Below, piece after piece: positions 7,750 to 12,881 of a stretch of DNA of 12,881 nucleotides. The translations under genes were made by a program, and so were the position numbers. This stretch comes from a bacterium. GTDB taxonomy: Bacteria > Krumholzibacteriota > Krumholzibacteriia > G020349025. Each line of letters begins with the position of its first letter. Position 1 is the first letter of the stretch. The notes beneath the pieces are model-generated. The model had not been told where the DNA came from. It saw only the letters and a program-made list of their open reading frames with translations, and did not search any database. The DNA lies in the NCBI GenBank assembly GCA_031362565.1, contig JANLSU010000090.1, positions 1 to 12,881 of the forward strand, read 5' to 3'.

Positions 7750-7779
7750 ACACTAGCATTCACGGTCGGAAGCCGGCAA
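7750..7779 (-). promoter_or_regulatory. Putative sigma70-type promoter TTGCCG-N18-TAGTGT with TG extension for the DUF2079-like gene
   Basis: -35 at 7774-7779 and -10 at 7750-7755, preceded by TGc; ATG 7741 follows 8 nt later with no Shine-Dalgarno sequence. Confidence 0.5.
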
Positions 7780-7791
7780 CCAATGACCCGG

Positions 7792-8661
7792 TCAGCGGGG
7801 GTGATCGAGCCGGTCGTACTCGGCGCGCACTTTCTGGATATCTTCCCACGCCGGACGTTTCCAGTGCGGGTTCCGCAGGAGTGCAGCGGGGTGGTAGGTG
7901 GGGAAAACTCGCACGCCCTCGTAGTAGCGCTCGCCTTCGCGCAGGGCGCCCATGGTTTCCACCTTGCCGTTCAGCCACGATCCGGCGTGGCGCCCGAGGG
8001 CGCAAATTACCTTCGGTTGCAAAAGTGCGAGCTGGCGTTTGAGATACGGCTCGCAGGCCGCGACCTCGGCGGGGAGCGGATCGCGATTGCCGGGCGGCCG
8101 GCACTTGACGATGTTGGTGATGAAGACGGTCTCGCGCGCGAAGTGAACGGCGGCAAGAATTTTGTTCAACAACTGCCCGGCGGCGCCGACAAACGGTTCG
8201 CCGCGCAAATCTTCTTCAGCGCCGGGGCCTTCGCCGATCAAGACCAGACCGGCATCGTCGGGTCCGACACCGGGAACCGCCTTGTTGCGCGTCTTGCACA
8301 ACTCGCAACGCGTGCACGAATTCACTTCGTCGGCAATACGTTGCATCGAATCACCGGCGATCGGAACGGTGCGCGCTCCAGCGCGGGCTGCCAACTTGGC
8401 GCCGGCCGGCGCCGCAGCGCCAAACAGATCGACCACGACCGCCTTTGCCGCCGGCTGCTTCACCGGTGTGCTTGACGCGGGCCGGGCGCGATCCGCCATC
8501 GGAATGATGCCGGGGGGGGTTGGCGGTGCTTGTGGTGCCTTAGGAGCGGCAGCGCGCGCCGCAGCTCTTTTCGGCGGGCGGGCGACCAATTGCTCGCGCT
8601 CGCCGGCATCGATGCGCTGCTTGACCCAGCGGCGCAAGTCCGACCGCGGATCGTCAGGCAC
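7792..8661 (-). CDS. udg: Family 4 uracil-DNA glycosylase (4Fe-4S type) with Pro/Ala-rich N-terminal linker, ~289 aa
   Basis: CTRCELC; motif A IGEGPGAEED; PFVGAAGQLL; TNIVKCRPPGNRDP; ACEPYL; motif B PTYHPAALLRNP. GTG start at 8661 with AAGGAGG 9 nt upstream; overlaps the coaBC stop. Confidence 0.95.
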   Translation of the reverse strand: MPDDPRSDLRRWVKQRIDAGEREQLVARPPKRAAARAAAPKAPQAPPTPPGIIPMADRARPASSTPVKQPAAKAVVVDLFGAAAPAGAKLAARAGARTVPIAGDSMQRIADEVNSCTRCELCKTRNKAVPGVGPDDAGLVLIGEGPGAEEDLRGEPFVGAAGQLLNKILAAVHFARETVFITNIVKCRPPGNRDPLPAEVAACEPYLKRQLALLQPKVICALGRHAGSWLNGKVETMGALREGERYYEGVRVFPTYHPAALLRNPHWKRPAWEDIQKVRAEYDRLDHPR

Positions 8662-10102
8662 GTGCAGACGCCTCCTTGCGGCCGAGCCGCGCTGCAACCA
8701 CGTCGAGAATGGCAGCAGCCACCCGCGCCTTTTCGACGACCGGAGTCTGCACCACCAAACCCTCGGCGTCGTAGATCCACACTTGATTCGTTTCGGTGTC
8801 GAAACTGGTGTCGGGTCCGACCCGGTTCGCAACCACGAGATCGAGTCCCTTGCGGCGCAGTTTGGCGCGCGCCTCGTCCTCTGGATCGTCGGTCTCGAGC
8901 GCGAACCCAACGAAGAACCGGCTGAATTTCTGCGCCGAGAGTGCCTTCAGGATATCGGGCGTGGGCTCCAGTTCGACGCGCAATGGGCCATTGGCGCGTT
9001 TGATCTTACCTGTCGCGGTTTGCCGCGGCCGGTAGTCCGCCACGGCCGCCGCCATGATCAACACATCGCTGTCGACGATCCGCGCTTGCAATGCCTCGAG
9101 CATGTCCTCGGTGGTTTCGACGCGCACCGTTTCCACGACACCGGGCGGCGGTGCGAGCGATGTCGGGCCGCTCACCAGCACCACGCGCGCCCCACGCGCC
9201 GCGGCTTCCGCTGCCAACGCATACCCCATCTTGCCGCTCGATCGGTTGCCGATGAAGCGCACCGGATCGATGGCTTCGCGCGTGCCGCCGGCCGAAACGA
9301 GGAGCGCCAGGCCGGTGAGCGTGCCACCTTTGCCGGATCCGGGTGCAGGTATCGCGACAGTTCCGGGTTCCGCGCCGCCCGGAGGTGACGCGCGGCGCTG
9401 CGGCGCGCCGCTCGCGGCCGGGCGCGGCCGCGGGGCGCCGCCCTTGTCCTCGACTGCAGCCGCTGCGGCGGGCAGGGCCGGTAGGCCGGCGCGGAGCGCA
9501 GTCCGCACCTCGTCGACAATCTCGTCGGGCTCGCGCATGCGGCCCTCGCCTTCCCACACGCACGCGAGCGCCCCGTGCTCCGGGTCGATCAAACGGTAGC
9601 CGAACGTACGCAACGCTTCGACGTTGCGCTGGTTGACCGCGTTGCGCCACATGTGGTCGTTCATGGACGGCACCAGGAAAACCGGCGCGCGCACTGCCGC
9701 CAAGAATGTCGTCACCGCGTCGTCGGCAATGCCGGCGTTGAGTTTGCCCAGCAAATTGTAAGTGGCCGGCGCCACGATCACCAGGTCGGCCCACAGCGCC
9801 AGGTCGACGTGCTCGACGGCGCCCATGGCTGCGACCGCTTCGAAACTGTTGGTGACCACCGGGTTGCCGGACAAGGTCTCGAACGTCAGCGGGGTGACGA
9901 AACGCGCCGCGTTGCGGCTCATGACCACAAACACACGGGCGCCGGCTTTCACCAGCGCCCGCGTCAGATAGACGGACTTGTAGACCGCGATACCGCCCGT
10001 CACACACAGCACGACTTGTTTGCCGTGCAAGGGATCGGGCGCTGGGGCGGCGGGTTTCCCCGCCTTGGACTCCGCGTCAGGCCGTGGGTTCGACGGACTC
10101 AT
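8654..10102 (-). CDS. coaBC: Bifunctional phosphopantothenoylcysteine decarboxylase / phosphopantothenate-cysteine ligase, ~482 aa
   Basis: VTGGIAVYKS, EHVDLA, APATYN, PSMNDHMW, LACVWEGEGRM; then SAGGTREAIDPVRFIGNRSSGKMG, AAVADYRP, KIKR, VGFALET, VANRV. ATG 10102 with GGAGGGG upstream. Confidence 0.96.
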   Translation of the reverse strand: MSPSNPRPDAESKAGKPAAPAPDPLHGKQVVLCVTGGIAVYKSVYLTRALVKAGARVFVVMSRNAARFVTPLTFETLSGNPVVTNSFEAVAAMGAVEHVDLALWADLVIVAPATYNLLGKLNAGIADDAVTTFLAAVRAPVFLVPSMNDHMWRNAVNQRNVEALRTFGYRLIDPEHGALACVWEGEGRMREPDEIVDEVRTALRAGLPALPAAAAAVEDKGGAPRPRPAASGAPQRRASPPGGAEPGTVAIPAPGSGKGGTLTGLALLVSAGGTREAIDPVRFIGNRSSGKMGYALAAEAAARGARVVLVSGPTSLAPPPGVVETVRVETTEDMLEALQARIVDSDVLIMAAAVADYRPRQTATGKIKRANGPLRVELEPTPDILKALSAQKFSRFFVGFALETDDPEDEARAKLRRKGLDLVVANRVGPDTSFDTETNQVWIYDAEGLVVQTPVVEKARVAAAILDVVAARLGRKEASARA

Positions 10103-10334
10103 GAGACGTCCCCTCCGCCGGCTGGTTGGCCGACGGTTCGTCGATGTACACGAAATCGACGTCGCCACGCGAGACGCGCGACAGCGCCCGCGTGGTCACT
10201 TTGTGCCGGGCATCGTCGCGACCCACCATGCGCATGATGGTGTTGATGTGGCGCGCTTCGCGCGCCGCGACGACGACCGCTTCGTACTTGTTCTTGATGA
10301 TGCTGGTCACTTTCTCGACCGGAACATAGGACAT
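10077..10334 (-). CDS. rpoZ: DNA-directed RNA polymerase subunit omega, ~85 aa
   Basis: NKYEAVVVAAREARHIN and KVTTRALSRVSRGDV match omega motifs; canonical position between gmk and coaBC; AAGGAGG upstream (TTG at 10340 is an alternative start). Confidence 0.88.
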   Translation of the reverse strand: MSYVPVEKVTSIIKNKYEAVVVAAREARHINTIMRMVGRDDARHKVTTRALSRVSRGDVDFVYIDEPSANQPAEGTSHESVEPTA

Positions 10335-10413
10335 CGACAAACGCGATCCTCCTTGCAAACTCTCTCGACGAGCGTGGCAGCCAAGCCTGTTTCGGTGGCC
10401 GCCACTCACCCGA

Positions 10414-11073
10414 TCATGGCGCCAAGGGCCGCGCCCATTCCCTGAGATACTCCTCGGCGACTTCCGGCCGTCCGGCGTCGTCGGTCAGCCGCTGCCGGCG
10501 CAAGCGCTCCGCCTGCACGATGGCCTCCAGCTCGGCCTGCGTCGCGTCGACCGCGTGGTTGACGACCACATAGTCGTAGAGCGACAGACAACGGATCTCG
10601 TCGGCGGCCGCTGCCAGCCGGCGCTGAATCTTTTCTTCCGACTCCGTGCCGCGGCCGCGCAGGCGCTCTTCCTGAACGCGCATGGACGGCGCCAGCAAAA
10701 ACACGAGTACGGCGTCGGGCAGTTCTTGCTTGGCGCGCAACCCGCCCTGCACATCGATGTCGAGCAAGGCGCAGAGACCCGATTCCAGAGCCGGAAACAC
10801 TTCGCTGCGCAGTGTCCCGTAACGCGCGCCATGCACTTCCGCGTGCTCCAGGAACGCGCCGGCGCGGATCCGTTCCTGAAAATCCGCGTCGCCCAGAAAA
10901 TGATAGTCGCGGCCGTCCCGTTCGCCATCGCGCACCGGCCGCGTCGTCGCCGAGATCGAAAACCGCAGGTCGGTGTGATTCTGCAACAGGCGCCTCACGA
11001 ACGTCGATTTCCCGGCACCCGACGGGCCCGAAATGACCAGAACGAAGGGGTTGCGACGCACGGCGGCGGTCAC
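10414..11073 (-). CDS. gmk: Guanylate kinase
   Basis: P-loop ISGPSGAGKST; SISATTRPVRDGERDGRDYHF; FLEHAEVHGARYGT; LDIDVQG; RLRGRGTE; YDYVVVN. GTGA overlap with the yicC stop. Confidence 0.97.
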   Translation of the reverse strand: MTAAVRRNPFVLVISGPSGAGKSTFVRRLLQNHTDLRFSISATTRPVRDGERDGRDYHFLGDADFQERIRAGAFLEHAEVHGARYGTLRSEVFPALESGLCALLDIDVQGGLRAKQELPDAVLVFLLAPSMRVQEERLRGRGTESEEKIQRRLAAAADEIRCLSLYDYVVVNHAVDATQAELEAIVQAERLRRQRLTDDAGRPEVAEEYLREWARPLAP

Positions 11074-11966
11074 TCCAAGTTCTGCACCTGTTCGCGCAGT
11101 TTCTCGATTTCTTCCTTCATGACCAGGACTTCCTGGATGATCCCCAGATGTCCGGTCTTCGAGCCGATCGTGTTGACCTCACGATGCATTTCTTGGAGCA
11201 GGAAACCCAACCGGCGGGCCCCCTGCTCGCTGGACCGCATCGTGCTGTCGAACTGTCCCAAGTGGCTCGAGAGGCGCACACATTCTTCGGTGATATCGGC
11301 GCGGTCGGCGATGAGTGCCGCTTCCTGCGCCAGGCGAGCGACGTCGATCTCGCTCGCGTCGAGCAGCTTGCGAAGCCGCGCCTCGAGGTTCGACTTGACC
11401 TCCTGCGGCACGGTCGGCGCGAGCACCTGGACGTGCTCGAGCGCGGTCGCGATCAGCGTCAAACGCTTCTGGAGGTCGTCGCCGAGCGCCTTGCCTTCGC
11501 GCACTTTCATCTCGTCGGCCTGGGCGCACACCGCGTCGATGCATTTGAAGATCGAGGCGCGCATCGCGTCCTCGTCCAAATTGCGCACCGTGCGGGTCAG
11601 GACTTCGGGCTGGGCGAGGATGGCGGCGATCAGCGGCCCGGCGGCCGTTCCACCATTCTCGAGCGTCAGTCCGAGGCGTGACGCCACTTCGCGACCGGCG
11701 CGCACGTACGCGCCGACGAGCGCTTCGTTCAGTGCGACCTGTTCGATTTCCTCTTGGGCTTCGAATCCGAAGGTCAGGCTGACGCGTCCGCGGTCGATAC
11801 GTTCCCGCAGGCGGCCTTTGATCTCGTCCTCGAAATTCTGCAGCGTACGCGGCACGCGCAGTGCAATGTCCAGAAAGCGATGATTCACCGACCGCAGTTC
11901 GGCGGTAATCGTGTACCCCCGGCCCGCGACCTCCGCGACACCGAATCCGGTCATGCTGCGCAACAT
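11070..11966 (-). CDS. yicC: YicC/YloC family endoribonuclease, ~298 aa
   Basis: MLRSMTGFG; ELRSVNHRFLDI; RGRV; RLAQEAALIADRADITEECVRLSSH; RRLGFLLQEMHREVNTIGSK; EKLREQVQNLE. ATG 11966 with GGAGG 9 nt upstream. Confidence 0.96.
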   Translation of the reverse strand: MLRSMTGFGVAEVAGRGYTITAELRSVNHRFLDIALRVPRTLQNFEDEIKGRLRERIDRGRVSLTFGFEAQEEIEQVALNEALVGAYVRAGREVASRLGLTLENGGTAAGPLIAAILAQPEVLTRTVRNLDEDAMRASIFKCIDAVCAQADEMKVREGKALGDDLQKRLTLIATALEHVQVLAPTVPQEVKSNLEARLRKLLDASEIDVARLAQEAALIADRADITEECVRLSSHLGQFDSTMRSSEQGARRLGFLLQEMHREVNTIGSKTGHLGIIQEVLVMKEEIEKLREQVQNLE

Positions 11967-11995
11967 CGAACCAAGCCTCCGAGTCAGAACGTGTG

Positions 11996-12025
11996 ATCGT
12001 ACTTGGCTTTGCACGCGCGAGTCAA
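11996..12025 (-). promoter_or_regulatory. Putative sigma70 promoter TTGACT-N18-TACGAT for the yicC-gmk-rpoZ-coaBC-udg operon
   Basis: -35 at 12020-12025 (5/6 consensus) and -10 at 11996-12001 (4/6, conserved T,A,T), ~30 nt upstream of yicC. Confidence 0.65.
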
Positions 12026-12131
12026 CCGGCCCGCCGGGCCTGGGACCGGGAGCCGTCGGAGGGCCTCGCGGGGGCGGTGGCCGCGGGCCGGGCCGGGCGC
12101 GGCGTGGGCCGAGCGGCGCCCCCGGGGGCTC

Positions 12132-12137
12132 TATAAT
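12132..12137 (+). promoter_or_regulatory. Putative -10 box (perfect TATAAT) for the MBL-fold hydrolase gene
   Basis: Exact TATAAT embedded in extremely GC-rich DNA, 100 nt upstream of the ATG; no recognisable -35. Confidence 0.5.
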
Positions 12138-12237
12138 GTGTGCCGCCGTGGCCGTGGAGGCCGTGGTGGCCTTGGCCGGCGGCTCGATTTTGTGGCTTCG
12201 GCCGGTCTTCCACCTCGATCACCCAAAGGAGACCGCG

Positions 12238-12881
12238 ATGGGTCTGTACTTCCGCCAATGGCTCGCCGGGCGCGACTTCGCGGCCACCGACGACGTCGCA
12301 TCCCAGATGCGCAATTTCGTCTATGCGATCGGTGACACCGAAACCCGCGACTGCGTGCTCGTGGATCCGGCCTGGGATGTCGACGGGCTCCTGCAGCGGC
12401 TCGATGCCGACGGCATGCGCCTCACGGGCGTGCTCGCGACGCACTACCACCCGGACCACGTCGGCGGGAGCATGTTCGGCTTCACGGTGGAGGGGCTGCC
12501 GACGCTGATGAAGACGAACCCGTGCAAGGTGCACGCGCACAAGCTCGAGGTGGCGGGCATCCGGCAGGTGACCGGGCTCTCGGCGGCCGACCTCGTGGCC
12601 CACGAGTCGGGCGACAAGGTGCGCGTCGGCGACATCGAGGTGGAGCTGCTGCACACGCCCGGGCACACGCCGGGCTCGCAATGCTTCCGGGTGGCCGGCG
12701 CGGTGCTCGCGGGCGACACGCTGTTCCTGCAGGGCTGCGGCCGCGTGGACCTGCCGGGCGGCGATCCGGACCAGATGTTCGAGACGCTGACGCAGCGCCT
12801 GGCGACGCTGCCCGACGACACGATCCTGTTCCCGGGGCACGCCTACGGCGGCGAGCACGCGCCGCTCGGCGACGTGCGCCG
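12238..12881 (+). CDS. MBL-fold metallo-hydrolase (glyoxalase II-like); 3' end lies outside the window
   Basis: AAGGAG then ATG 12238; MGLYFRQWLAGRDFA..QMRNFVYAIGD..LVDPAWD; THYHPDH (HxHxDH at 12442-12459); HTPGHTPGSQC; AGDTLF..GCGRVDLPGGD; FPGHAY. Missing from the ORF track because there is no stop in the window. Confidence 0.93.
   Translation, partial: MGLYFRQWLAGRDFAATDDVASQMRNFVYAIGDTETRDCVLVDPAWDVDGLLQRLDADGMRLTGVLATHYHPDHVGGSMFGFTVEGLPTLMKTNPCKVHAHKLEVAGIRQVTGLSAADLVAHESGDKVRVGDIEVELLHTPGHTPGSQCFRVAGAVLAGDTLFLQGCGRVDLPGGDPDQMFETLTQRLATLPDDTILFPGHAYGGEHAPLGDVR

Larger units (their letters stand above)
5988..7920. repeat. Imperfect ~130-bp direct repeat pair (5988-6118 and 7792-7920) bracketing the DUF2079-like gene; probable attR/attL-type scar
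   Basis: Identical blocks include tctggatatcttcccac (6030-6046 = 7833-7849) and tggggaaaactcg (6096-6108 = 7899-7911); offset ~1803 bp. The repeat itself is directly visible; the att interpretation is inference. Confidence 0.85.

Noticed and set aside
5988..7920. Repeat pair as a diversity-generating retroelement TR/VR
   Set aside because: Differences are not adenine-specific (many C/T and G/A changes plus indels), and no reverse transcriptase is present in the window.
11070..11110. Genomic island at the yicC 3' end (a known attachment site in other bacteria)
   Set aside because: yicC overlaps gmk directly (GTGA) with no duplication or insert.
12140..12508. Trp/Pro-rich ORF (PPWPWRPWWPWP) resembling an antimicrobial or attenuator peptide
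   Set aside because: It results from a short GCCGTG-like repeat, has no RBS, starts 2 nt after the -10 box and overlaps the MBL gene out of frame.
1..12881. CRISPR array, tRNA/rRNA, transposase or integrase
   Set aside because: I saw no regularly spaced repeats, RNA-gene signatures or recombinase motifs; nearly all of the sequence is explained by the listed CDSs.

Overview
GC-rich bacterial chromosomal window. The minus strand carries a housekeeping cluster yicC-gmk-rpoZ-coaBC-udg (family 4 uracil-DNA glycosylase), then a DUF2079-like multi-pass membrane protein, dnaB, and a very large (>1464 aa) secreted S8 subtilase. The subtilase is missing from the supplied ORF track because it runs off the left edge; it ends in a PNPFNP-type FlgD-Ig/T9SS-like sorting domain, which hints at an FCB-group or related candidate-phylum host. 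A divergent MBL-fold hydrolase runs off the right edge. The most notable structure is that the DUF2079-like gene lies between two diverged direct copies of the last 43 codons of udg: the intact end at 7792-7920 and a decayed copy at 5988-6118, about 77% identical by hand alignment. This looks like the scar of an integration into the 3' end of udg that replaced the gene's tail and left a ~1.8-kb integrase-less islet carrying a putative GT-C surface glycosyltransferase. All calls come from reading the sequence by eye; no searches were run.
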